Shown: positions 50,993 to 64,000 of the stretch, one piece after another | How positions within the stretch are numbered: the stretch's first letter is position 1 | Layout of the letters: each line of letters begins with the position of its first letter | Assembly: GCA_964016885.1 (NCBI GenBank) | Contig: CAXHJY010000007.1 | Coordinates: 32,507 to 96,506 of the forward strand | Reading direction: 5' to 3' | Length of the DNA: 64,000 bases | From: Eledone cirrhosa | Lineage: Eukaryota | Program-made: the position numbers and the translations under genes | Notes under the pieces: generated by a model | Database searches by the model: none | What the model saw: the letters and a program-made list of their open reading frames with translations, nothing else | What the model was told of the DNA's origin: nothing

Positions 50993-53900
50993 ACTACAAT
51001 AAAGGAAAATCGAATATTCTCAAAAATACCCAGATAACATCGACAATATCCGTATGACTGATGTAAAACTACTGGAAGAATTTACCAATGACCACACAGT
51101 AAATATCTATGGGAACACTTTAATCAGTGAACAAGAACAACAAATCCTGCGGCTACCACCAAAATTTGCCATCTACAAAAAGATTAACCCTATGGAGTGC
51201 AAAACGGAGCTGGAAAAGTGTTTCACAAAAATACGTTGGAATGCAAAGGTAAACAACAACAACAATAATAATGGTAGTAGTAATATAAACAATAACTCTG
51301 AGTATAGAAATAACAGCCATAACTATAACAATAGCAGGAAAGTGAGAAATAGTGATAATGGTAATAATACTAGCGATAGACAGAACAACAACAACCACAA
51401 TAATAATAATAATAGAAACATTAACCACAGACACAGCAACAGCGACCACAGTAGTAATAACGGTAACAATACGAACAACAACAACAATAACCACAGTGGT
51501 AATAATGGAAATAGTACATGTAGCAACATCAATGATAGACACAACAAAAACAAGAAACATAATAAAAGTAACAACCACAATGGTAGAAATAACAGTAACA
51601 ACAACAACAATAACGGTGAAGTAAACAACAATACATCTAACAATCATAACAATAATAATAATGCTAATGATAGGAACAACAACAACCACCATGATAACAA
51701 TAATAGTAACACACACAACTATGACGATAGATATAATGACAACCCCTTAGAGAAACTATTTTTCAACCCAGCTGACAAAACATATAAGATGGGTAATATC
51801 TATCCTACGAGGTTACCCTTTAATAAAAGAGTTTGCATACCACAACAAATAGATGACGAGACAAAGGCACAGTTCACCATAGCTAGAAATAAGATTAGAC
51901 AAATAGTAGACAGGTATACTAAGAGACAGAGCAGACCAGAGGCCCAACAACTTTGGAGGAAACCTGTAGAAGGCTTGGTTAGCCTCAAGCAGCGCACAAG
52001 GGATGGTGAGATAGTATGTCTACCCACGGATAAGTCTGGTAGGATGTCAATAGATAGCATGCCGAACTACATCGAGGCTATGCAACCCCACATCACCAAT
52101 ACGAGTGAAATTGCACAACAAACACACGATGGGAGAGAGAAAATCCTCAACGCTCACATGATGATGTGGACTGACATCCTAAAGCCAAGCAGACGCACTG
52201 CCAACAACTTCCAGGTGTCTAACAATGGCATACCACCCTTGTATGGGTTCCGCAAAGACCACAAGACAGTCGACGACCCGACAACAGGACCACCAACAAG
52301 ACCCGTATGCGGAGCTAATATAGCTAGCAACTACAGGATCTCCTACTTCCTCTCAATGGTTATACGCCCCATAATCAAGATGTCCCCAGATGTATGTGAC
52401 AGTACAGAGGACCTCCTCAGCAGAATCAGTGAGTGCAACAAAAACAGGAGCCTGTCCAACTGCATAATAGGCAGCATGGATGTGGTGTCCCTGTACCCAT
52501 CCATTAACATTGATTTTGCTGTGAAAAGATGTGTGGAGATGATCATTGAGAGTGAGGTGGAGTTCTGCGACGTTGACACAGACGAACTGGGCCTCCTACT
52601 TAGACTTACCTACGACACTGACTACCTAGACAGCCATGACCTTAGATGTTTCTGCCCTAGTAGACATATGAGGTAGACCCCGCACCATAACCTCAATGGC
52701 AAAAAAGACTCCCATGGGAAGGTGGATTGGGTGGACCAAAGCTATACGGACTCCCCAAAACAATGATCAGGTAAGAAAAATGGTCGCACATGCAATAGGG
52801 GCTAGTATCAAAACTACCCTAAAGGGCCACATATTTAAGTTCAACGAGAAGGTCTACACCCAAAATGAGGGAGCAGCCATCGGCGTCGGCATAGCTGGTC
52901 ATGTTGCCAACCTTTTCATGGTATGGTGGGAAAGGAGACTTAAAGATCTCCTTAATGAGAGCTCCATAGACCTCATCATGTACTCTCGTTATGTAGACGA
53001 TATCAATATAGTTATAAGAACACCCCCAGTAGAGAGCACTAACAAGTTTGATTTAGAACGTAGCACGATGGAAAGCATCCAGCAGATAGCTAATTCCATA
53101 CACCAGAGTATAACTGTAACTATTGACTTCCCTTCCAAACACCCTAACAATAGACTACCTGTATTAGACACAGAACTCTGGATTAACACTATAGACGAGA
53201 GAGCCCAAATTCTCCACTCACACTATGCTAAACCCATGGCCTCCAAATACCTGATACTAAAAAACTCAGCAATGTCCAGTAGTGCTAAGTTTAATATTCT
53301 GATCGCAGATTTGGTACGAGTGATGAAGAATGTGTCCCGCATGTGCGACCCAACAGAAATGGAAAGACACATCCAACACTTCATCAACCGCATGCAGTTC
53401 TCTGGCTACAACCAAAGAGACAGAGTTAGAGTATACGAAGGAGCCATGGAAAAGTATAAGACCCTCATAGAACTGGACATGAAAGGAATTTGCCCATTAT
53501 ACAGGAGCAAATCATGGAATAGCTTAGATAGGGCTAGACATAAGATAGGGAAAGCCACCTCATGGTACGACAACCAGAGATACCAGAGTGTCATGTTTGT
53601 GGACGCCACCCCTGGGGAGAAATTAGCTAACCAGTGTAGAAAGGCCCTGAGAAAGACCCACTTAAAAATAAAGGTGGTAGAAAAGCCAGGAACCACCATA
53701 AAATCCCTGATCAGCAAAACCTACCCTTTTAAGAAAACCCACTGTACCAATAGGAAATGTATCATATGTAAGGTGAACCCCCGGATAAACTGTAAAACTA
53801 GAAACGCAGTCTATAGCATAAGATGTACAGAGGGTACTTGCAGAAACATGACAACAACATACATAGGTGAGACAGCTTGTAGCATAGGTGAAAGGATAGA

Positions 53901-54680
53901 CCAACACTGGGGGGAACTAAAAGGACGAAAAAACGGGTCAGTACTATACGAACATGCTAGACAACAACATGACGGTAACATAGACAACATAGAAATTAGA
54001 ATAATATCTAAACATAGAAATGACCCAGCAGATAGGAAAATCAGAGAGGCCAGTGAAATAGAAATTAGAAGACCAAGGCTAAACAGAAAGAATGAATGGA
54101 ATAACAACAACACCCAAACAAACAACACTGACCTAAGAGAAGTTTAAATAAGTAAATAAAATAAAATAAATAAATACATACACAAGCACAATAACGACAA
54201 GCACATAAACACACAAGTCACCCATCACACAGCAAACAAAACACTATACACACGCAAACGCATGCGCAAAGAAGACAAAATAAAATAAACAAACAAGCAA
54301 ATAAATAAATAAATATATAGACAGACTGAATAAAAATGGCGTAGACATACAATACAACAGGGAAAATATAACACCACTGATGATGTTGCAGATGTGCAAC
54401 GAAAGATTTATGATAAACTATATATATGTGTTTGTGTCTATATTGTATCTGTATTATTTTTGACCATCGGTCAGTCAATGGCAACATTGAGGACCGAGTA
54501 AGTTAGATTACCGATATAAAAGACACAGAAGCGAGAAGCGAAAACCAACCAAACAGTGAGTGTGTTCTGTTATTAATTCTGGCAATATTACACAAATATG
54601 ACCCTCCCCAAGTATAACAATATTTGTTTCGACACACGATTTCATATAAAAAACCTCGCAAAACTAATTCATCGCCGCTA
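50993..54680 (+). mobile_element. Penelope-like element (RT + GIY-YIG), 5' truncated, one frameshift near 52670
   Basis: PTDKSGR, PPLYGFRKDHK, GSMDVVSLYPSI, RYVDD, LPVLD, Cys linker CTNRKCIIC, AVYSIRC...YIGETA. Confidence 0.95.
54366..54424 (+). ncRNA. Type I hammerhead ribozyme in PLE pLTR
   Basis: CTGATGA (54377), stem II gttgca/tgcaac, GAAA (54401), minimal stem III, UUA site (54408-54410), bulged stem I. Confidence 0.75.
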
Positions 54681-54702
54681 TATATATATATATATATACA
54701 GA

Positions 54703-55210
54703 CATCATCATCATCATCTTCGTTTAACGTCCATTTTCCACGCTAGCATGGGTTAGACGGGAGTTGTCCCACTTGAGGCAAGGTTGGTCGGGTGACCGTG
54801 TCTTGCTCATATAGGACTATCTGGCAGGTTTTCTACGGCTGGATGCCCTTCCTGACACCAACCACATTTACAGTGTGGAACTGGGAACTTTTTACCGTGT
54901 TACTTACACGGCCACATTACAGCGTGGACTGTGTGTTTTTTTCTCGTGACACCTACACGATCTTGATCTCATTATCTCATTTATTTGGACAGGATGTTGT
55001 GGTACCAACTTTACAGAGAGAGGGAAGTGTTGGTGGGAGTGGGAGGATAGGGTAGGAGTAGTGGATTGCGGTGTATATTTGGTTAAGAGGTGCCTACTGA
55101 CTGTAGGTTTCGCTTTGTACATAGGCAAGGCGGGTCTTCTGTATTACTGCGTAGCGCCAAAGATCTCGGTCCAGTGACACTTAGAGAGGTGCAAGTGTGT
55201 AAGGTCGGAA
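54703..55210 (-). mobile_element. RTE LINE 3' end
   Basis: Reverse complement of 14555-15038. Confidence 0.9.
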
Positions 55211-55253
55211 TATATATATATACATACATATATATATACATATATATATATAC

Positions 55254-55290
<37 letters not shown>

Positions 55291-55559
55291 CATATATATA
55301 CATACATATATACATACATATATATACATATATATACATACATATATATATACATATATATATACATATATATACATACATATATATATACATACATATA
55401 TATATACATATATACATAGATATATATACATACATATATATATACATACATATATACATACATATATATATACATATATACATACATATATATATACATA
55501 CATATATATATACATACATATATATATACATACATATATATATATACATATATATATAC

Positions 55560-55594
<35 letters not shown>

Positions 55595-55617
55595 ATGTAT
55601 AATAAACAATACAATAT

Positions 55618-55695
55618 AATTACCTCATTACCAGAGGTTTCCCGAATAAGACGAATACAAGCAACGTCCGCATTCGTTCGTCAGACAAGGCAATT
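55618..55695 (-). ncRNA. Type I hammerhead ribozyme, sense to the Naiad-like ORF
   Basis: 11-bp stem I aattgccttgt/atgaggtaatt, CTGACGA, long stem II, GAAA, stem III acc/ggt, GUA site. Confidence 0.75.
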
Positions 55696-56311
55696 TAAAA
55701 CAGTGAAATATTTGAAAAATCTCCTCAAGAAAGGCAAAATTTTAACGGCAAAAAAATAATACAAGAGATATATAAAAATAAAATGAAGAAACATAGTAAG
55801 GGGATGTGTATAAATGTGTGTATATGCACCTACAAATGTACATATGTGTGTATGTACAAATGCATGTGTATAGTATAGTGAAAAAATCTGTGCATATGTA
55901 CATACATGAGGGCAAACATATTAGTGTATGTGTGACCACAAATACGTATATAATATATGTTGAAAAAGGAATTGTAAGATAATAGAGTTAGCGTACATAC
56001 AGACTCAGGGACTAAGAATTGAAATATATACACATACATGGATGAAAGGACGCACGCATATAAACATACACACACGCGCAACCACATACATGTATGTGAT
56101 ATATACAGGGAAGGGAGTGTATCAGTCAAGGCAGTGTCAGACTGAAGGTCGATACAGATATAAAAATATAAAATATGAAAAATTAATGAAATAATATATA
56201 AGATAAGAATAAAAATTAAGACAAAGAGAAAGTAAGAGGGAGGGGTTATCAATTATAAAGTAACACTAGAAAAAATAAATAAAAAGTAGAAAACATGCAG
56301 AAGTTTGTACG

Positions 56312-56342
<31 letters not shown>

Positions 56343-56464
56343 ACAGACAAAAACACAAGCACAAAAGGATACATACACATACATGCGTACGTACATACAC
56401 GTTACACATATATATACATACATGTACATCTAATCGCACGCACGCGACTATATATATATATATA

Positions 56465-56920
<456 letters not shown>

Positions 56921-59559
56921 AAGTATGTAAAAAACATAGACGTAAAAGCATACATACACATACACGCACACATACGAATGCATTTGTATACATATACAAA
57001 CATGTATACACACATATGCACACATACACGCATATATGCAATGTAAAAACCAGCTGTATGAATAAATGGGTACAAGATATACGCAAGTAAACATACATGA
57101 AAGCGGCTGACGGACAACAGAATATATCTGGAGTTAAAAACATAAGTGACGTGATATCAGGTAGTGAAAGAAAAGGGGGAAGTAAAGTATGTAAAATTGT
57201 GAAGATATAAAGTAAGTGAATCATAAAGCAGGGGTGGGGGGTCCACTAGTGGATGTGAAGTAAAAATAACAATAAAAATAAATCAGAAAGAGAAGTCTGT
57301 AAAGAAGGTAAGTTAAGGAAAGTGAAGAACAAGAGTTTATGGAGGATAAGTATCTGAAAGTGAGTTAAGTTTATATGAGCTGGAAAGCAAGTGTGATTTC
57401 AACTGGTGAAAATTTCTGTTTTTGCATTTAGGCAGGTTTTTGGTGATTTAAGGTTCTGTAAAATCCAATATTTTTCACTTATGCAGAGTGCGCATCTTCT
57501 TTAGATTGGTTCAAAATTGACCAATCTAATTTATATTGGATACCTTGGTCTTTCAAATCCCATATTCTGCTAGCCAGAGCTGTTGTAAATCTTTTTTCAG
57601 GATATCAGAAAGATGCGACATGTGAGTAATAACGCGTTTTGAATTTGTCTGGTGTCATACCCACATAGCGTTTGCTGGTGGCTGGTAGGTTGTTGCTGGT
57701 GGTTGTCACTTTAGCCTCATATACAATGGCTTTGGTGTTGCATTTACCTTGTAATGGGCATTCACTTTTGACTCTACAGGAGCAATTTTGATGTTCTCTG
57801 GGTATTTTCTTATTGAGGATATAAGATTTAATAGAGGGACCGCAGGAGTAGCTGATTTTGACACAGTTTCTATTGAAGATCTTATAGTATCTATTATGTT
57901 CTAGGGAAATGTTTATCTAAGAGCTCTGAGAATTTTTTGCATACATTAGTTTTAACTGCTGAAGAGTAGGGGCATGTGAACCAGATTATTTTTCTTTTCC
58001 TATTATTATGTTTAAAGGAGTTAGTATTGTTGGGTATGTACTTAATCGGTTCGCTAAATCCGCTATTTTGAAGGGCTTTATTATAGTAGTAGGGGGATGC
58101 CTTATTGAAAATAGCTTCTGAGGAAGAGAGGGTCGAGATCCTACAGCTAATATTAGGGATAAGATTTTTTTTAAATATAGGAGGATGGCAAGAGCCTTTA
58201 TTTATATATTTTAAATTTTCATTTGGTTTATGGTACGGTTTATAAGAAGCAGTAGGCAGATCTAGGTTTATATCTAGAAAATTAACATTGGAAAGGTTAG
58301 TGTCAATGGTAATTTTAAGATTAAAACTAGTGAAGGTTTTTATTAAGTCTTTTCTGAATCTATCTAAGTTATGGCCTATAGTGGTATGGGAAAGTATTAG
58401 ACCATCGTCACGATAAAGCCCAAAGGTATGGTTAGGGAATTTCTCTTTAAGTGTGTGTAGGAGGAATAGGCCGACTAAATCACATACGTCAGCACTGTCA
58501 AAAGAACCCATTGAGACATTGAATGGGTTCACTGGGTTAGATTTTTTTTACCCAAGTGTCATTATTAGTAAACAGTAAAGTGTTTCTAGCATGCAAAATG
58601 ACATTCTCTTCAATATCAGAAATATTGATAAACTTTTTAGCGAAATGTAATGCTTTCGTTAAAAGAGGGTGAGTAATAGACGGGTAGAAGTCTACAATGT
58701 CAAATTGGGTGAATCTAGAACTATATATATATATGTATGTATATATGTATATATATATATATATGGTCGCGTGCGTGCATGCGATTAGATGTACATGTAT
58801 GTATATATATGTGTATCGTGTGTATGTATGCGTGCTTTTGTATGTATGTACGCATGTATGTGTATGTATCCTTTTGTGCTTGTGTTTTTGTCTGTACGTA
58901 TATATATATATATATATATATATATGTGCGTACGAACTTCTGCATGTTTTCTACTTTTTATTTATTTTTTCTAGTGTTACTTTATAATTGATAACCCCTC
59001 CCTCTTACTTTCTCTTTGTCTTAATTTTTATTCTTATCTTATATATTATTTCATTAATTTTTCATATTTTATATTTTTATATCTGTATCGACCTTCAGTC
59101 TGACACTGCCTTGACTGATACACTCCCTTCCCTGTATATATCACATACATGTATGTGGTTGCGCGTGTGTGTATGTTTATATGCGTGCGTCCTTTCATCC
59201 ATGTATGTGTATATATTTCAATTCTTAGTCCCTGAGTCTGTATGTACGCTAACTCTATTATCTTACAATTCCTTTTTCAACATATATTATATACGTATTT
59301 GTGGTCACACATACACTAATATGTTTGCCCTCATGTATGTACTTATGCACACATTTTTTCACTATACACATGCATTTGTACATACACACATATGTACATT
59401 TGTAGGTGCATATACACACATTTATACACATCCCCTTACTATATTTCTTTATTTTATTTTTATATATCTCTTGTATTATTACTTTTATTTATATATATTT
59501 TTTTGCCCATTAAACTTTTGCCTTTCTTGAGGAGATTTTTCAAATATTTCACTGTTTTA

Positions 59560-59637
59560 AATTGCCTTGTCTGACGAACGAATGCGGACGTTTCTTGTAT
59601 TCGTCTTATTTGGGAAACCTCTGGTAATGAGGTAATT
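59560..59637 (+). ncRNA. Type I hammerhead ribozyme, inverted pLTR copy
   Basis: Same fold; CTGACGA 59571, GAAA 59614, GUA 59624-59626. Confidence 0.7.
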
Positions 59638-59738
59638 ATATTGTATTGTTTATTATACATTAAATTTAGCTCTGTAACTTACATAGAGCACTCTTCACTC
59701 CTATGACTTTTTCAATTTTCAACGGAAACTTCAATACT

Positions 59739-59783
<45 letters not shown>

Positions 59784-59785
59784 AT

Positions 59786-60130
59786 ATCATCATTCATCAT
59801 CATTTCATTTTACATCCGCTTTTTCCCTGCTTGCAAGGGTGGGACAGGAACTGATTCTGGCTTGATTTCTACAGCTGGATGCCCTTCCTAACACCAACCT
59901 CATTTACAGTGAGTGCTGGGTGCTTTTTTGCCGTGGCACCTCCACGACCACTTTGCAGTGGAATGATATGGATCTCAATCCCTATCGTCTCATTTCTACA
60001 GCTGAGTAAACTGGAGCAATGTGAAATAAAGTGTCTTGCTCAAGGAAACAACACATCACCCGGTCTGAGAATTGAACTCACAACCTTTCGATTGCAAGGC
60101 CAATGCTCTAACCATTAAGCCATGTGCCTC
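59786..60130 (-). mobile_element. SINE family A, full length
   Basis: Reverse complement of 3366-3700. Confidence 0.9.
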
Positions 60131-60132
60131 CA

Positions 60133-60239
<107 letters not shown>

Positions 60240-63200
60240 TTCGCAAAATCCGAAATCGGTATTTTTTGTTATTTATTTATTTATGTTTAAATACGGTTGT
60301 TTTTGTCGTATTGAACAGAACAAATCTTGCAGTTTTGCTTTTTGTTAATCGCTTGTTAAACATTCATAACCTTCCAGCTAGCTACCCCACATATCCCTCC
60401 CACCCACCCCCACACACCACCATTCTTAATACGTGGACCAATCATAAGCCAGAGGCCTATACTATCGCTTGCACGGTTGCCTTCGATACATGATGGATGG
60501 ATGGATGGACTGCAGAATCCTGGAGAGTGGAAGGGAGAGAAAAATCTGGACGCTCAGAGCGAAAATGCCAAAGTTAAAAGTCAAATTCACCTCGTGGACG
60601 AGAATGCGAGCACTCCTCTTTGTTTCGTCCGCGGATGGCTAACATAACCCCATCTCCCCCCGTCCCCCACCGCCCCCACCCTCCAAACGCAATCCAAAAC
60701 TTCAGAGTTGGTACCATAAATGTAGGCACCCTAAAGGGTCGCTCTAACGAGGTTGTAGAAATGCTTGAACGTAAGGAGGTCGATGTTTGTTGTATTCAAG
60801 AGACCAGGTGGAGGGGTGGGTCTGCTAGATTCATTGAGGGTAAAAAACGATGTTATAAGCTTTTCTGGGTGGGAAACGACGATGGGCTGGGTGGAGTAGG
60901 AATCATGGTAGCAGAAAAGTGGGCAGATAAGATAATAGACGTAAATAGAGTGAACGACAGAATAATTAAAATACGACTTGTCCTCAATAGAACTACGGTG
61001 ACAGTAATATCTGCGTACGCACCCCAATCCGGACTGCCCGGCACTATAAAAGACAGATTCTATGAGACACTGATGCTAACTACCTCCCAAATATCTGACA
61101 GTGACTATATAATTATTGCAGGCGACCTAAATGGTCACGTTGGACAACATTGTGACGGCTACGACGAAATCCATGGAGGCTATGGGTTTGGTACTAGAAA
61201 TGAGGAAGGCTCCAGAATCCTGGAATTCTGTGATGCAAATAACCTAACTATCTGTAACATTAACTTCAAAAAACGTGACAATCACCTGATCACCTATAGA
61301 TCCGGGGAACACACAAGCCAGGTAGATTATATCCTTACCAGAAGACGTGACAGAGTGTCTGTTGTAAACACTAAATCCCTCCCCCATGAAGAATGCACCT
61401 CCCAACATAGACTGATAATTAGCGACCTCATAGTCAGGACGAGACGTACTCGACAGCAGAAGAGGACTATCCTCAGGAGAAAAATATGGAAGCTAAAGGA
61501 CCCCACAGCCAGAAATAAATTTCAAAGCATATTACTTGATGCTTTCGACAGTAAGGAAGAACATTTAGAGTCGGACAATATAGAGGGACAGTGGGAATTT
61601 CTGAAAGCAAACCTGCTGTTGGCGACAGACGAAGTCTGTGGCTGGAGCAGGCCTGTAGGCAGGAGGAGAGTAACATGGTGGTGGAACAGTAAGGTGGAGG
61701 GGTCAATTAAGGCCAAAAAGCAGGCTTGGAAAGTATGGCGGGATGGGGAAGTAGAGTAGACTATCAAGTGGCCAGGAGGGAAGCTAGGAGAGAAGTGTAC
61801 TTAGCAAGAAGGGAAGCTGAGGAAAGAAAGTTCAAGCATGTTCTACAAAGCGATGACCAAAAACGTGAGGTGTTCAGGATTGCTAGGCAATGCGTCAAGG
61901 AAAACCGTGATATTGTCGGGGAGAAGTGTGTACTTAACGATGATGGCATACTTGCCATCACCGACGCTGATAAGAAGGTAGCTTGGAAGTGTCACTATGA
62001 AAGGCTACTAAATGAGGAGAATAAATGGGAGAAAGACAGTCTCCCCCATATCGACCCAATAGAGGGACCAGCAGTGTTAGTTGAGGGGAGTATAATAAGT
62101 AAGGCAATCAAGGATATGAAGACGGGTAAGGCAGCTGGGCCTTCGGAAATAGTTGCTGAGATGCTGAAGGCATCTGGCACGGTGGGACACACCATGGTCA
62201 CCCGCATAGTTAACCAAGTCGTACAGAATGGGGTTGTTCCGAAGGACTGGCATAGCAGCAGCATCGTTAACTGTTATAAGGGTAAAGGAGACGCCCTAGA
62301 TAGGAGTAACTATAGAGGCATTAAATTAATCGACCAGGTCATGAAGGTCACGGAAAAAGTAATAGCGCAACTAATCAGAGAGAGAATTGACCTAGATGAA
62401 ATGCAGTTCGGGTTTGTGTCAGGCAAAAGTACCACAGACGCTCTTTTCATAGTACGACAACTACAGGAGAAATACCTAGCTAAAGGTAAACCCCTCTACT
62501 TAGCTTTTGTCGACTTGGAGAAAGCCTTCGACAGAGTCACTCGCTCCATTATCTGGTGGGCTCTTAGAAAACTAGGCGTTGACGAATGGCTTGTGAGGGC
62601 TATACAAGCCATGTATAAAGAAACAGTCAGCAAGGTTAGAATTAACAACGAATATAGTGAAGAGTTTAGCGTAAAAGTTGGCGTCCATCAGGGCTCTGTT
62701 CTCAGCCCCCTACTATTTATTATTGCCCTTCAGGCTATAACAGAGGAGTTCAAGACAGGCTGCCCATGGGAACTCCTATACGCAGACGACCTAACACTCA
62801 TAGCGGAATCAATGGCTGAGCTAGAGAAGAAATTCCAAACATGGAAGCACGGCCTAGAGTCAAAAGGACTTAAAATTAACCTGGCTAAGACCAAAGTTCT
62901 AGTTTGTAGGAAAGAAAACAAGGCGGCGGTCCCTTCTGAGAAATGGTCGTGCTCGGTGTGTAGGAAAGGTGTAGGTAGAAATTCCATTTTATGTCCTAAA
63001 TGCAAAGTATGGGTGCATAAAAGATGTAGTGGGATCTCAGGTAAGCTAACTAAGAACATAGATTTTACATGTGGCCGGTGTTCTGGTGCAATAAGTAGCA
63101 GCAAGTGCCCACAAAATACTAGCTCTTTCAATTGCGCAGAGGGTTCTATAGAAATAGTGGACAGCTTCCGTTACCTGGGCGATAAAATCAGCAGTGGGGG

Positions 63201-64000
63201 AGGGTGCTCTAAAAGTACAGTAGCTAGAGTCAGAACTGGTTGGAAAAAGTTCAGAGAGCTTATACCACTATTAGCTGCTAAAGGGTTCTCCCTAAAAATG
63301 AAAGGCAGGTTGTACGATGCCTGTATACAAACAGCAATGTTGCATGGCAGTGAGACCTGGGCATTGTGTGCAGAGGATATACGCAGACTAGAGAGGAACG
63401 AAGCTTGCATGCTCCGCTGGATGTGTAATAGTAATATACGTGAACGGCAAAGCATAAACGAACTAAGGAAAAAATTAGAGATAAGAGGGATCAGATGTTG
63501 TTTACTCGAGAGAAGGCTACGTTGGTATGGACACGTGATGCGCATGAAAGTCGATAGCTGTATAACAAAGTGCAGGGCAATAAAGATAGACGGTAGCCAC
63601 GGAATAGGCAGACCTAGAAAAACCTGGGACGAGCTGATAAACTCCGACCTCACACACTTACACCTCTCCAAGACAATGTCACTGGACCGAGACCTTTGGC
63701 GGTACTCAGTAACAGAGAAGACCCGCCTTACCTAAATATATAGTAAAACCTACTCCAGCCAGTAGGCATCTCTAACAAAATACACCCCGTCCCACCACCA
63801 CCACCCCATCCCACCACCACCACCACCACCCCATCCACACCACCCCGTTCTATGTAAAGTTATGTTGGTGCCGCGCCATCCAGGCCGAAACAAATGAGAT
63901 CGTGTAGGTGTCACGACAAAAAAATCACAGTCCACGCTGTAATGTGGCCGTGTAGGCAACATGGTAAAAACCTCCGAGACCCACACTGTAAATGTGGTTG
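60240..64000 (+). mobile_element. Near-intact RTE LINE (single frameshift near 61745); 3' end runs off the window
   Basis: ORFs 60620-61759 (APE) and 61726-63735 (RT, YADD, PHD-like insert). Confidence 0.95.

Noticed and set aside
51153-51716. Antisense Val/Ile/Leu-rich membrane-like ORFs
   Set aside because: Reverse-frame shadows of the Asn-rich tract.
55083-55614. YI/MY/CV-rich ORFs (also 15203-15713, 56266-56646, 58697-58991, 60072-60493)
   Set aside because: Microsatellite translations.
55830-56252. Hydrophobic 140-aa ORF duplicated at 58988-59530
   Set aside because: Non-ATG start in T-rich, low-complexity pLTR sequence; the duplication is explained by the inverted repeat.
57604-57608. 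Second in-frame TGA in the Naiad-like endonuclease (SF*YP)
   Set aside because: This position is normally Arg/Lys, so it is best explained by CGA>TGA decay rather than selenocysteine.

Overview
AT-rich, microsatellite-laden animal genomic DNA; the SINE/LINE repertoire suggests a cephalopod (octopus-like), which is inference. The only host coding sequence I can reconstruct is the first two coding exons of a DHRSX-type short-chain dehydrogenase (+ strand, 21828-21942 and 45032-45139, 23-kb intron 1). A probable first exon of a divergent minus-strand gene ends in ATG|GTAAGT at 17422. The rest is mostly mobile DNA: a Merlin/IS1595-like transposon, a Helitron-like element with internal tandem repeats, two near-full-length and many truncated RTE LINEs with a PHD-like finger inside the RT, partner tRNA-SINEs, Nin/Deu-like SINEs, a CRE-like element with a 12-bp TSD, nested hAT transposons, piggyBac and hAT MITEs, and a higher-order satellite block. 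The most interesting region is 48.5-59.7 kb, downstream of DHRSX exon 2 and presumably in intron 2. It holds two different Penelope-like retroelements, each forming a long near-perfect inverted repeat and each carrying foldable type I hammerhead ribozymes. One also has a TGA at a conserved Cys position, a possible selenocysteine codon.
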